A stretch of DNA of 64,000 nucleotides, taken from NCBI GenBank assembly GCA_965261395.1, contig OZ253462.1, forward strand, positions 736,001-800,000. The letters are read 5' to 3'. Positions 10,395-20,162 of this stretch are shown piece after piece. Source of the stretch: Candidatus Latescibacterota bacterium. GTDB taxonomy: Bacteria; Latescibacterota; UBA2968; UBA8231. A program made the position numbers and the translations under genes. The notes below the pieces were generated by a model that made no database searches, was not told the origin of the DNA, and worked only from the letters and a program-made list of their open reading frames with translations. The number at the start of each line of letters is the position of its first letter. Position 1 is the stretch's first letter.

Positions 10395-10847
10395 TTGGCT
10401 CGCACGAGCCTCCCTCAGAGCATATCTCCGAACGAGACTTTGGGGAGGGGCGTATTTTCAAGCAGACAGGCACGCCAAGCTAGACGCGGGACGAAAATGC
10501 CCCTCAGTGCATTCCTCGAAGCGTGGGGGAAAGTGAAACTCTCCGTTGACCGGCTTGATTTCGCGGAACCTGAAGAGATGGCGGCGCTTGGCGACAGTGT
10601 AGCAGTTGGCCGTAGTGTAGATCGTACGGTCACATTTTATGGCTGGGCCGTCATTGCTGCTAAAGACGCCGAAAACAATGGGCGGCAGGTGGTTTACACT
10701 CCACAACCCGATAATCCATACCATACAGACATTATCTTGCCAGACTCCACAGCGGAGGACCGCGACGAACAAATTAGTCACGCCCAAGAGTTGGCGGATG
10801 CGTCCCTATGGCGCGAACGTCCAAACTCCACGAAAACTGACGAATGA
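10395..10847 (+). CDS. Hypothetical protein, putative ADP-ribosyltransferase-like toxin
   Basis: AGGAG RBS and TTG start; ETLGRG (Arg), LSVDR (Ser), PDNPYHTDI (His) spacing resembles small ART-fold toxins. Confidence 0.5.
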   Translation: MARTSLPQSISPNETLGRGVFSSRQARQARRGTKMPLSAFLEAWGKVKLSVDRLDFAEPEEMAALGDSVAVGRSVDRTVTFYGWAVIAAKDAENNGRQVVYTPQPDNPYHTDIILPDSTAEDRDEQISHAQELADASLWRERPNSTKTDE

Positions 10848-10984
10848 CTCTTCGCGGGTGGACTCAAGCGAAAATAAAACCGACCTAGTCCGCTCCTTGA
10901 ACCGCCTCGCACCAGCTTGACCAAGCAGGCGGTTTGCATTAACTCACTCTAGGCTACCGAAGCTAACCGAAAGACAGGTGCAAC

Positions 10985-12925
10985 GTGGACCTAGACGCAC
11001 TGCTGCGCGACGTGGATCTAGACGAAATGATGCGCCTCTACGACGAGGCGGCTGAGGAGCTGCTGCAAGTCGCGATAAGCGACGGCCACTTTGCCGACCG
11101 CGACCCAAGCGAAATCACCTGGCCGGTGGGCGCAGACCTCGACGCACTCACGCGACGCGCCGAGCTGATCGGCACCATTCACGAGGGCACCCCCCCGCTC
11201 CGCGACAAGCGCCTGCAAGAGGCATACGACCACTACGAGCGCGTCGGCCCCGCCTACCACCAAGCGAATCGCCTCTACCTAGCAACGCGCCGGCTCTTCG
11301 TCGAACGCGGGCGCGGCGACGCACTCGATTTCCACGCGCTCTACCAATCGGTCTATCTACACGCCTTGGGCCGCGACAACCCCTACACCCTTGACGAAGG
11401 TGAGGCTGCCCTCGTTAAGCTGCGGGTCGCCCGCGTGCCGCTGTCCCACGCCCACGCCGTCGCCGAGAAGCTGGAAGCCAGTGCGGCACAAAAAGAACCC
11501 GCGACCGACTCGGCCGACGATCCGCGCTTGGCAGAGCACTACGCCTGCGAAATTGACGGGGTGCGCCACGCCGGGACACTCGGCGATCTGCTTGACGAGG
11601 TTGCCGAGCGCGTCGTCGATTACCTCGCCGCTGGCGAGCACTTCGCCATCCGCTTTAACACCTATAGCAACTTCATCTATCTCGGTATATCGGTGTGGAA
11701 GGCCATCACGGACGCCGACTTGCTCTTGGCCCGCATTGAGGGCCGGGTGCGCGCCCAATGGCACCAAAAGCTGTGCAAGCTGGTCCTGCTGGGTAAGGGC
11801 ATGCTACTCAAGTTCCTCCAAGCCCACTCCGAAGATCCCGCCCAAATCAAGCCGAGGGAATTTTGGTACGGCCAAGAGTATAGCTACCTGACCCGCGACA
11901 TGATCGACCTAACGCGCCGCTTAGTCGGCTACGTCAACCGACTAGCGAGCCGGGTACACGGAGAGGTTGATCCGGTGATCCTGCCCCCCCTGCTCGACGG
12001 CAAGGCCAAGGGCCGCTTTCTCGAATACCAGCACGTCGGGCGACGCCAGAGCCTCGGCTCATGGAGCCGTCGGACGCGCCTCTTGCGCTGGGCTCTCCTC
12101 TACTACCGCACCGGCAAGAAAAAAATGAGCCTCCTAGCGGCTCAACTCCCAGAAGCAGAGCGCCTCAAAGCCGCCAGTGCCCAAAGCAGCGAATGGGGGC
12201 GGAAATCGCTGGACATTTTCGGCATTGAAGTGGCCATAAGCGCCGACCCGCTCTTCGCCGCCACTGCCCGCGACCTCGACCTAGCCAACAAACAGGAGAA
12301 GGTCCTGTTCCTCCCCACGCACCGCAGCCTCTTCGACCATCCGGTGATGAGCAGCCTGCTCCACGATCCTCGCTTCCTCGAGCTGATCGGCTGGCGCGAA
12401 CCCCCCACGCCCGTGAGCCTCGCCCGCGCCCGACTCACCGAACCCGCAACCCTGCGCATTGGTGGCCGCTCTTTTTCGCTGATTGGCTTTACTACCGAGG
12501 AGGTTGACCACATGATGGAGGCCGTTGACGGGCACGTCATTATGAGTCGCTCGGCCGACACAAAGAATCCCACGCGCCGCTTTGCCGAGCTCCTCACAGA
12601 GCGACCGGGCATCGTCTATGGCGAGGGCACCACTGCCGCCTTCGAGAATCAGTGCCTGCCCATGCAGCACGCGCTCTTTGCGTACCTGCCGCCCGACGTG
12701 ATCATCGTGCCGCTGGCTTTTCGCGGCCTCCATTCCCTATGGCCCAAGTGCCCGCGCGGCAATCTCAACATCGGCAGCGGCCGGGTCGAAGTAGTAGTTT
12801 GCCCGCCGATGCTCGGCGAAACCACGCTCCTGCCGCGCAAGCGCGCCCTGCGCACGCAGCTAGAGCCAGCGACGCTCTTCCAAGCCGTACACATCGCGCG
12901 GCTTTTCAACCCGGAACCAGCCTAG
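10985..12925 (+). CDS. PlsC-like lysophospholipid acyltransferase with long N-terminal domain
   Basis: PTHRSLFDH (HxxxxD), IVYGEGT, IIVPLAF motifs in the C-terminal third. Confidence 0.75.
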   Translation: MDLDALLRDVDLDEMMRLYDEAAEELLQVAISDGHFADRDPSEITWPVGADLDALTRRAELIGTIHEGTPPLRDKRLQEAYDHYERVGPAYHQANRLYLATRRLFVERGRGDALDFHALYQSVYLHALGRDNPYTLDEGEAALVKLRVARVPLSHAHAVAEKLEASAAQKEPATDSADDPRLAEHYACEIDGVRHAGTLGDLLDEVAERVVDYLAAGEHFAIRFNTYSNFIYLGISVWKAITDADLLLARIEGRVRAQWHQKLCKLVLLGKGMLLKFLQAHSEDPAQIKPREFWYGQEYSYLTRDMIDLTRRLVGYVNRLASRVHGEVDPVILPPLLDGKAKGRFLEYQHVGRRQSLGSWSRRTRLLRWALLYYRTGKKKMSLLAAQLPEAERLKAASAQSSEWGRKSLDIFGIEVAISADPLFAATARDLDLANKQEKVLFLPTHRSLFDHPVMSSLLHDPRFLELIGWREPPTPVSLARARLTEPATLRIGGRSFSLIGFTTEEVDHMMEAVDGHVIMSRSADTKNPTRRFAELLTERPGIVYGEGTTAAFENQCLPMQHALFAYLPPDVIIVPLAFRGLHSLWPKCPRGNLNIGSGRVEVVVCPPMLGETTLLPRKRALRTQLEPATLFQAVHIARLFNPEPA

Positions 12926-12956
12926 AGATCCTAACAAAACCTGCTAGGCGATCCTC

Positions 12957-13009
12957 GGAACGCGGGCGTCCCGCCCACCCATGTCATTCCCGCGAAAGCG
13001 GGAATCCAG
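12957..13009. repeat. Two adjacent REP-like palindromes between convergent genes
   Basis: GCGGGCGTCCCGCCC followed by GTCATTCCCGCGAAAGCGGGAATCCAG. Confidence 0.7.
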
Positions 13010-13029
13010 TTTTGTTAGGGCCTCTTAGA

Positions 13030-16000
13030 CTAAAAGAGCGATAGCTGCTCAGCCCCCCGTCGGCGCGGCATTGCCACATCCTCGCGCGCGAGCAACCGAG
13101 CGGGGATCTCGTCCACAAACGGCGATAGCGCACATTGCACCCGCTCGCCATAGCGCTGGCGGCTGCGCGCCCGCAGCAACACTAGCTCCTCCTCCGCTCG
13201 CGTCATGCCCACGTAAAAGAGCCGTCGCTCCTCGGCGAGGTCGGCGTCCCGCTCCCGGAAGGGGATGAGTCCATCCTCCACCCCACAGACAAATACCACT
13301 GGAAACTCCAAGCCCTTGGCCGCGTGCAAGGTCATCAGCGCGACAGCCTCCGGGCCTTGGGGACCGCCCCGCTCCTCGTAGTCGGCCTCCGCGCCTAGGA
13401 GCACGGTCTCCAGTAGCTGTGCGAGCGTTCCGGCCGCGTCGGCTACTCGGGCCAAGTGCTCTAAGTCCTCGTCCTCCGGGTCGCCGAACTCAGCCTGCCA
13501 GCGGCGCACCCAAGCACCCGCCCCCTCCTGCGCGGCCCATTGCCTGTACTCTGCTATTCGCGCCTCTAGCGCCTCGACCCGATCCTGTGCCGCAGCCGAC
13601 AGTTCCCCTCGCCGCACTTGGCGCAAAATGTGCGGCTCCACGCCCATGGCCTCTAGTGCCTGCCAGCGGCGCACATCCTCTTGCGAGATTGAAGCGTAGC
13701 GAGCAAACGCCAAAGCGGCCCGCACCGCCGGCGCTTGCAGAAAGCCTTTCTGCCCGACGAGCCGATAGGGCAGGCCCTCCTTGCGGAAGCATTCCTCTAG
13801 CGCTCGGCCCTGTTGGCCAGTGCGGAAGAGCACGGCAAAGTCGGCGAAGCTGCGCGTACCCTCTGCGCCAGCATCGGTCTGCACCATGTCGGTACCGCCG
13901 ACCATGCGGGCAATCTCCCGCACCACCGCAATGCCTTCAGCCGTCTCGCCCTGTACCTCCATTAGGCGGATTCGCTCCTTTCCCGGGCGCACGGCCGCGA
14001 GTTCTATGGCCTCGCGCCCCGGATTGTGGCCGACGACGGCCGCGGCGGCCTCGACAATATGTCCCTGTGAGCGGTAGTTCGCACCCAGATGAAAGAGTCG
14101 CGTATCCGAAAAACGGTCGCGCAAGTGAACGAAGTGGGCGGGCGAAGCACCGCGAAAGCTGTAGATCGCTTGATCTGGGTCGCCGATAGCCATCAGACCC
14201 GTGCCCTCACCCGCTAACTGGAGGACCAATCTATACTGCGCGGCGTTGAGGTCTTGGAACTCGTCTATTAGCAGGTAGGGAAAACGCGCTCGCACCTGTT
14301 CCCGCACGGCTGCATCCGCTTCTAAGAGACGCAGCAAATCCAAGAGAATGTCATCGTAATCGCAGGCTCCAGACGCATGTAGAGCCGCCTGATAGGCGTC
14401 GTAATGCGGTCGCCACTCCTCGGCGATCTCATCCGGCCCTTGCGCGGCGGCCTTGGCCAGCGAGATGGCTCGACCGGCAGCGGCGACCGGCCCCGGTAAA
14501 CCGGCGTCTGCCAGCGCCCCTTCCAGCACCCGGCGCGCTTCCACCTCGTCGAGCACCAGCTTTGGCTCGCAGCCCAACTCCCGCAAGAGCGACAACGCCA
14601 AGCGGTGGAAGGTCCCCACCTGCATCGCGCCCAGCCCGGACTCACCGCCCAACAATGCGCTCAGCCGCTGCCGCATCTGTCCTGCCGCTCGCCGGGTAAA
14701 GGTAATGGCCATGATCTGCCCCGGATCCACGCCGCTTGCGACCAGCCGCGCAATGCGCCGCGTCAGCACTCGGGTCTTGCCCGACCCTGGCCCGGCTACG
14801 ACCACTAAAGGTCCTCCTTCGGCCTCTTCGATTTGCCGCTGTGCGGCGTCGAGCGCATCCGCGTCCTGCTCCGCTTGTGCGGTGCTAGCGGGCCTTGGCG
14901 GCGGCATCGGCACCACTTCCTCAGCCGTCTTAGCGGCCGCCGGGCCCAAGTCGAACAGCGCACCTTGCCCTTTTAAGCGCGCCCGCTCCTCCTCGCTGAA
15001 CACGCTGACCACGCCGTACTCCCCATCGTGGCCGGGGTAGATGTCCACCTCGCCGCAGCGCATCCGGCGCACACCCTCGGCCACCAACGGCCCGCCGCAG
15101 CTCTCAATCGCTGCGAGCCCGGCGTGGCGCAATACGTCGAGTTCCGGGCCGATCTCGGCCAAGAGTCGGTCGTACACGGCGCGAACTTTTTTGCTCTTAG
15201 GGCCAACGCCAACCGCTGCGCCGATAACTTCGTCGAGTGGGATCAAGTACTCGTAGGGTGGGGCAACCTCCGGGCGGAACCCCTCCGGGCGATCGGCCAG
15301 TAGTTCCACTCGGTGCAAAACCCCCACCGTCAGCTTGCGTCCGCACACCGGGCAGATTCCCTCAGCGGCCAGCGTTTGCGCCGGCTTGTAGCACACCGCG
15401 CACTTGCGATGCCCGTCGTAGTGGTATTTGCCTTCTTCGGGATAGAACTCCAAGGTGCCTAAAAAGCGCGCTGGGTCGCGGTCTTTGAGCGCAGCGTAAA
15501 TGCCCGGATACGAGCACTCGGTGTCAAAGCACGTGGCCTCACGGGCCAGCTTCTGCGGAGAATGGGCGTCGGAATTAGATATGATCGCATAGCGGTCGAG
15601 GGCCGACAGCCGCCAGTTCATCGGCGGATCCGAGGACAGGCCAGTCTCCACCGCGAAGATGTGCGGCAGCAAATCCTCGTAGCACTCCTCCAACGAGTCA
15701 AAGCCCGAAGAGGCCCCCAAAGCGGCAAAGTGCGGCGTCCATATATGGGCCGGGACGAAGAGCACGTTCTCGTCGGCTTCGAGACAGATTTCTAAAAGGT
15801 CGCGGCTGTCCAGCCCCAAGATGGGCCGGCCGTCGGACTTCAAGTTGCCAATAGCGCCGAGGCGGCGATTGAGTCGGGCGACGGATTCGAGGGAGGGCAG
15901 AATGACGACGTGATGGATCTTGCGGGTCTTGTCGCCCTTCTTGTAGATGGTGCTTATTTCCACCGAAAGCATGAAGCGCACGGCGCGGCGGCAGTGCTCG

Positions 16001-16236
16001 GGCAACTCTTGTTCCACCGCTTCACTCCACGCCGCTTTGAGCTGGTACAGGCCCTCTTCGGCTGGTTCAAGTTGCTCAGATAGTTCGGCGAACCACTCAG
16101 GATGCGTGTAGTCGCCCGTTCCAACCACGTCAACGCCCTTGAGCGCCGACCACTTGTGCAAGTTGGAAGGGTTGAGGTCGCGGCTCGTCGCCCGGGCAAA
16201 GCGCGAGTGCAAATGCACATCGATTATGAACTGCAT
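13030..16236 (-). CDS. Endonuclease Q (PHP) fused to UvrD/Rep helicase
   Basis: DVHLHSRFARATS, GTGDYTHP, SNSDAHS, CxxC..CPVCG; AGPGSGKT, DEFQD, GDPDQAIYSFRGA, TLHAAKGLEF, EERRLFYVGMTRA. Confidence 0.93.
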   Translation of the reverse strand: MQFIIDVHLHSRFARATSRDLNPSNLHKWSALKGVDVVGTGDYTHPEWFAELSEQLEPAEEGLYQLKAAWSEAVEQELPEHCRRAVRFMLSVEISTIYKKGDKTRKIHHVVILPSLESVARLNRRLGAIGNLKSDGRPILGLDSRDLLEICLEADENVLFVPAHIWTPHFAALGASSGFDSLEECYEDLLPHIFAVETGLSSDPPMNWRLSALDRYAIISNSDAHSPQKLAREATCFDTECSYPGIYAALKDRDPARFLGTLEFYPEEGKYHYDGHRKCAVCYKPAQTLAAEGICPVCGRKLTVGVLHRVELLADRPEGFRPEVAPPYEYLIPLDEVIGAAVGVGPKSKKVRAVYDRLLAEIGPELDVLRHAGLAAIESCGGPLVAEGVRRMRCGEVDIYPGHDGEYGVVSVFSEEERARLKGQGALFDLGPAAAKTAEEVVPMPPPRPASTAQAEQDADALDAAQRQIEEAEGGPLVVVAGPGSGKTRVLTRRIARLVASGVDPGQIMAITFTRRAAGQMRQRLSALLGGESGLGAMQVGTFHRLALSLLRELGCEPKLVLDEVEARRVLEGALADAGLPGPVAAAGRAISLAKAAAQGPDEIAEEWRPHYDAYQAALHASGACDYDDILLDLLRLLEADAAVREQVRARFPYLLIDEFQDLNAAQYRLVLQLAGEGTGLMAIGDPDQAIYSFRGASPAHFVHLRDRFSDTRLFHLGANYRSQGHIVEAAAAVVGHNPGREAIELAAVRPGKERIRLMEVQGETAEGIAVVREIARMVGGTDMVQTDAGAEGTRSFADFAVLFRTGQQGRALEECFRKEGLPYRLVGQKGFLQAPAVRAALAFARYASISQEDVRRWQALEAMGVEPHILRQVRRGELSAAAQDRVEALEARIAEYRQWAAQEGAGAWVRRWQAEFGDPEDEDLEHLARVADAAGTLAQLLETVLLGAEADYEERGGPQGPEAVALMTLHAAKGLEFPVVFVCGVEDGLIPFRERDADLAEERRLFYVGMTRAEEELVLLRARSRQRYGERVQCALSPFVDEIPARLLAREDVAMPRRRGAEQLSLF

Positions 16237-16267
16237 ATTGGATCCCCGTTGACTTGCGGAGGTTGCC

Positions 16268-17164
16268 CTAATCCCTCCCAACCCAGTTGGCCACCACAAT
16301 GCCCAACGCCACCAACCCCATGCTGGCCAGCAGATAGGGCGATATGGCCTCGTCCAAGAGCGCGGCACTCAACAGCACGCCCACCACCGGCGTGACAAAG
16401 CTGAAGCCCCCCAATCGCCCCGGCGAGTGATGTCGGAGTAGAAAGACTAGGATAATAAAACACAGCCCGGCGACGGCGATGCCTTGGTAAAGCACGCCGG
16501 CGACGACCGGGCCGGTTAGGACGTATTCGGCCTCGGATTCTAAGAGCGCGCTCCAAGCGGCGAACAGCGGCAGGCTCAGCACGGCCTGCCAGAATAGTAC
16601 TTGATAGGGGTTAAGCCCCTGCACCAGCCGCTTGATTACCACCTGCCGCAAACCCAATAACAAGCCGCTGGCGGCCACCATCGCGTCCCCGAGCAGGTAC
16701 TGCGTGTCGGCTAGCGCAAGCGACTCCCAAAACAACAGCACCACGCCGGCAAACGAAATGGCCAAACCGAACCACCGACCCAAGCCCAAGCGGTCGCCGA
16801 CGAGCAAGTGCGCGAAGAGTGCCGTGGAGAAGGGGTAGATATTGACCACCACCCCCGAGCGGCTGGCTGTGGTGTATTGAGTGCCCGCGTTCAGCAGCCA
16901 TATTTGCAGCGCGAACAGCAGCGCCAAGCCACTCAGCCCCTTCCATTCGCCGGGGGGTATGCGCAGCCGAATACCAGCAAAAAGTGCCCCGACCCATACG
17001 GTCAGAGCACCCAATGCGAAGCGCAAGCCAGCCATCGCCGCGGGCGGCACCCCGTCGAGACCCATCTTGATCGCCACCGGATTGCCGCCCCACAGCACGG
17101 CGGTCACAAGGGCTAGGGTCCCGGCCTGTAGCCCGACGGCTTCATTGCGGATTTCGGCGGCCAA
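16268..17164 (-). CDS. EamA/DMT family transporter
   Basis: About 10 hydrophobic segments; LWGGN..AIK start; duplicated EamA halves. Confidence 0.88.
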   Translation of the reverse strand: MAAEIRNEAVGLQAGTLALVTAVLWGGNPVAIKMGLDGVPPAAMAGLRFALGALTVWVGALFAGIRLRIPPGEWKGLSGLALLFALQIWLLNAGTQYTTASRSGVVVNIYPFSTALFAHLLVGDRLGLGRWFGLAISFAGVVLLFWESLALADTQYLLGDAMVAASGLLLGLRQVVIKRLVQGLNPYQVLFWQAVLSLPLFAAWSALLESEAEYVLTGPVVAGVLYQGIAVAGLCFIILVFLLRHHSPGRLGGFSFVTPVVGVLLSAALLDEAISPYLLASMGLVALGIVVANWVGRD

Positions 17165-17165
17165 C

Positions 17166-17807
17166 TTATTCGATGATCTCGGCCTTGACGATATAGTCTA
17201 GGTTGGGAAAGTTTTCTTCGAGATAGGCGTTGCCGCGCCCGGTGATCTGCCCTTGGGAAGGCTGCTGGCCGTACTCGGCGTTGATCGCATCAACCACCTC
17301 CATGCCTTCTACGACTTCGCCGAAGGGCGCAAACCCCATGTCGTCGAGGTTGGCGTTGTCGCCCGAGTTAATAAAAAGCTGGGTCGTGCGCGTATTGGGC
17401 TGATTGGATTTGGCGTACGTGATCCGTCCGCGCTCATTGATCTGCTTGACGGGATCGTCGAGGATATGGGCCCGATGCCAAACTTGGTTCAACTCTGGAT
17501 TGCCGCTCAGGCCCCACTGCACCACAAAGCCGGGTACCACGCGGAAGAAGCGCTGCCCGTCGTAGAAACCGTTGCGGACCAAGTTGTAGAAGCGGTCGGC
17601 ACCGCGCGGTGCCCAGTCGCGCGTCACTTGGATGACCACCGGGCCGGCGCTGGTCTCCAAACGCACTGAGAATTCGTCGGGTGCCTGCTCGTTTAAGGCT
17701 TTGCCTGCAGGATCCATTAAGATCTCCTTGATTGGTTCCCCACCTTGGTCGCCGGTTCCACAGCCGAAAGCCCAAAGTGCGATGATTAGTAGTGTGATCC
17801 GCTTCAT
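17166..17807 (-). CDS. Cyclophilin-type peptidyl-prolyl isomerase (probable lipoprotein)
   Basis: FFRVVPGFVVQWG, RTTQLFIN, FAPFGEVVEGM; signal peptide with Cys. Confidence 0.92.
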   Translation of the reverse strand: MKRITLLIIALWAFGCGTGDQGGEPIKEILMDPAGKALNEQAPDEFSVRLETSAGPVVIQVTRDWAPRGADRFYNLVRNGFYDGQRFFRVVPGFVVQWGLSGNPELNQVWHRAHILDDPVKQINERGRITYAKSNQPNTRTTQLFINSGDNANLDDMGFAPFGEVVEGMEVVDAINAEYGQQPSQGQITGRGNAYLEENFPNLDYIVKAEIIE

Positions 17808-17846
17808 TTTTAATGCCTTTTTGCTTGGTGTGTTTGTTGATCTCCG

Positions 17847-20084
17847 CTACAGCCCGCTCACGGCTGCGACGAGCGCCTCGGTCGTAATGCCGAAGTGCGC
17901 CCACGTCTCTAGATGGCCTTCTGACGGAGCCGTCGTCGGGTCGGTAATGCCGATGTGCGCCGCCGGAATTCCCAAGTCGCTAGCGGCACCCGCCACTAGC
18001 CCAGCGAAACCGCGCACGCCGGCGTTGGCTGCGCCGATCAGGCCGTCTTCTATCGTTGCCACACCCTTGGGATAGCGGCCCACTAGCTCTTCCAAGGCAG
18101 CGGCAGGTAGCGGCAGCCCGTTGATTATATGTGCATCCACCGCGCCTTCGAGCTGTGCGACCGCCTCGCCGGCGAGAAAAGCCGGCGCGCCAAAAGCCAA
18201 GATCGCCCGCTCGGCTCCGGAGTATGTGCGATAGGCGGTCATCGGCTCCCAAGCGTCGCCTGATTCCCACAGCGGACCCGAGCCGTCTTGCTTGTCGAGG
18301 ATGGGCAGGGAGTCGCGCGGGATGCCAATGATGTGCCCTCCGTAGTGCGCCGCCATATCGCAGACGGCCAAAAACGCCGCCCGCGCATCGGCTGGCCCGT
18401 AGAAGCGGTGCAGATAGGGCAAATAGCTCAAGCCGAGGTTGATCCACTCCAAGCCCCAGCCCGAGAAGTGATCGCGCCCGGTGCAGGCCCCCACGTGCGA
18501 GATGTGAAACGCGACGTTGAGGCCCTCGTTGACGCCGGTGAGGTTGCGCTGATAACGCCAGACGTCAAAGCCCTCGCGGGCAATGCCCTCGTAAAAGGCG
18601 GCAAATGTCGATACCACATTGAGCTGCGGACCCGGTCCGCTCATCGCCAACCCATCGGTAATCAGACAAGCGGCTTGCTCCTCAATGCTCATCTCGAATT
18701 GGTGGTCGGCGGCCAAGAAACCGCGCGCCTTCGCCAGTTTGGTCGAGGGATCAAGGTCGCAGCTAACGACGAAGACGTCATCGGGAAAATGCGCGGCCAC
18801 CGCTGCGTATCCGGCTTCGGAACCGGCGCGCGGGCTTTCGCTCGTACCCACCGCGGGCAGGCTGACCTCTTCCTTGATGCTTGCGGGTAGGACCAAGTTG
18901 CGGCTGCCGGGAGCAGGTCTCGCTCGGGTCTCGACTTGGCGCTTTTCGTCTTGGCGCAGCGTCGCCAGGGCTTGGCACGCGGCCGCTGTTTTTTGGAACA
19001 TCGGGTTGCTCAGCACTTGCGCGGCGTCGCGGCCCTTCATGTGGCCGTCGTGATGTCCTTCACCGCCGGGTAGCTTGTTGACCAAGAAGATGCACTCGAG
19101 CATCGGCACTACGTCGCGGTAGCTCATCAACGAGCCGGGGACCCAGATGCGGGTGCTGAGATCAACGCCGTGCTCGGCGGCAAACGTTGCGACCTCGGAA
19201 CCAAGGCCTAGGCGCTCGCCAAAGTCGCCGAGGTGCTCGTGCGTTCCCGTGGGATAGATCAGCGCCGGCCGGCCCTGTTGCGCCAGTTTGTAACCCTTGA
19301 GATAGGTTTCGTAGAGCGTCGCGGTGTCGTGCAGGGTCTCGACCTCAATGACTTCCACGCCCATCGCCGCGACGATCGGGCGCGGATCCTTGTCCATAAT
19401 GCCCTCGGTTGTGCCCGAAAGCTGGATGCCGTTGCGGTGCATGACGAAGGTGATCGGCGCCCCGTGTACGGCTGCGCCGTTGAAGCCGTTGAGCGCTTGG
19501 CCCGAGATGTAGCCAGCGTCGCCACAGTGGCAGATGACCCAGCTACCCTCGCCGAGCTTGGCCCGCTTGCCGAGGGCTTGGCCCACGGCCACCGGAATCA
19601 TCACCCCCAAGCGCCCGCCGTTGAGTTGGGTGCCGCCTGGCAGCCAAGACACGTGCCCGGGAACGTCGAGCCCGCGGCGAAAACCCTCGACGACAATCTC
19701 CTCATCGACAAAGCCCTGCGCCGCCAATGCCGCGTAGTAGCCCACGGAGGTGTGGGCGTGTTCGATGGTGTATTCGATGCGCTCGTAGTCGGTGATCGCC
19801 AAGGTCAGCAAGAGCGGCGGAATCAGCTCTAGGCCGCCGCCGAGGTGATCCAACTCGCCGAGCTTGGCCAGCGAGGCCAGCGAGCGGATCGCGACCTCGG
19901 CTGCTTCGATCTGCAAGCCCTCTAGAGCGGCGATTTGCCCTTGGTGCAGCGCTTGCTGTTTGCCGATAGCCACGGTGAGCGGCAAGACCGCGGAATGCAC
20001 CTTCTCGCCTAGGTAGCGCACTCCGCCCAACAGCTCTTTGTTGCGCTGCTGTTGGCCTGCTTGCGCCGCTTCAATCCCCCGCAT
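17847..20084 (-). CDS. Transketolase-like ThDP-dependent enzyme
   Basis: HLGG, PGH, GRLG, GDAG...NGIQ, DL..ST, SIEEQ, STFAAF, GRDHFS. Confidence 0.8.
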   Translation of the reverse strand: MRGIEAAQAGQQQRNKELLGGVRYLGEKVHSAVLPLTVAIGKQQALHQGQIAALEGLQIEAAEVAIRSLASLAKLGELDHLGGGLELIPPLLLTLAITDYERIEYTIEHAHTSVGYYAALAAQGFVDEEIVVEGFRRGLDVPGHVSWLPGGTQLNGGRLGVMIPVAVGQALGKRAKLGEGSWVICHCGDAGYISGQALNGFNGAAVHGAPITFVMHRNGIQLSGTTEGIMDKDPRPIVAAMGVEVIEVETLHDTATLYETYLKGYKLAQQGRPALIYPTGTHEHLGDFGERLGLGSEVATFAAEHGVDLSTRIWVPGSLMSYRDVVPMLECIFLVNKLPGGEGHHDGHMKGRDAAQVLSNPMFQKTAAACQALATLRQDEKRQVETRARPAPGSRNLVLPASIKEEVSLPAVGTSESPRAGSEAGYAAVAAHFPDDVFVVSCDLDPSTKLAKARGFLAADHQFEMSIEEQAACLITDGLAMSGPGPQLNVVSTFAAFYEGIAREGFDVWRYQRNLTGVNEGLNVAFHISHVGACTGRDHFSGWGLEWINLGLSYLPYLHRFYGPADARAAFLAVCDMAAHYGGHIIGIPRDSLPILDKQDGSGPLWESGDAWEPMTAYRTYSGAERAILAFGAPAFLAGEAVAQLEGAVDAHIINGLPLPAAALEELVGRYPKGVATIEDGLIGAANAGVRGFAGLVAGAASDLGIPAAHIGITDPTTAPSEGHLETWAHFGITTEALVAAVSGL

Positions 20085-20162
20085 GTAGAACTCCCCTAAG
20101 TGGGTATTTTTAGTTGAATAAAGAACCGTAAAAAGTATAAACCCAGCACCGAATGCGGGCAA

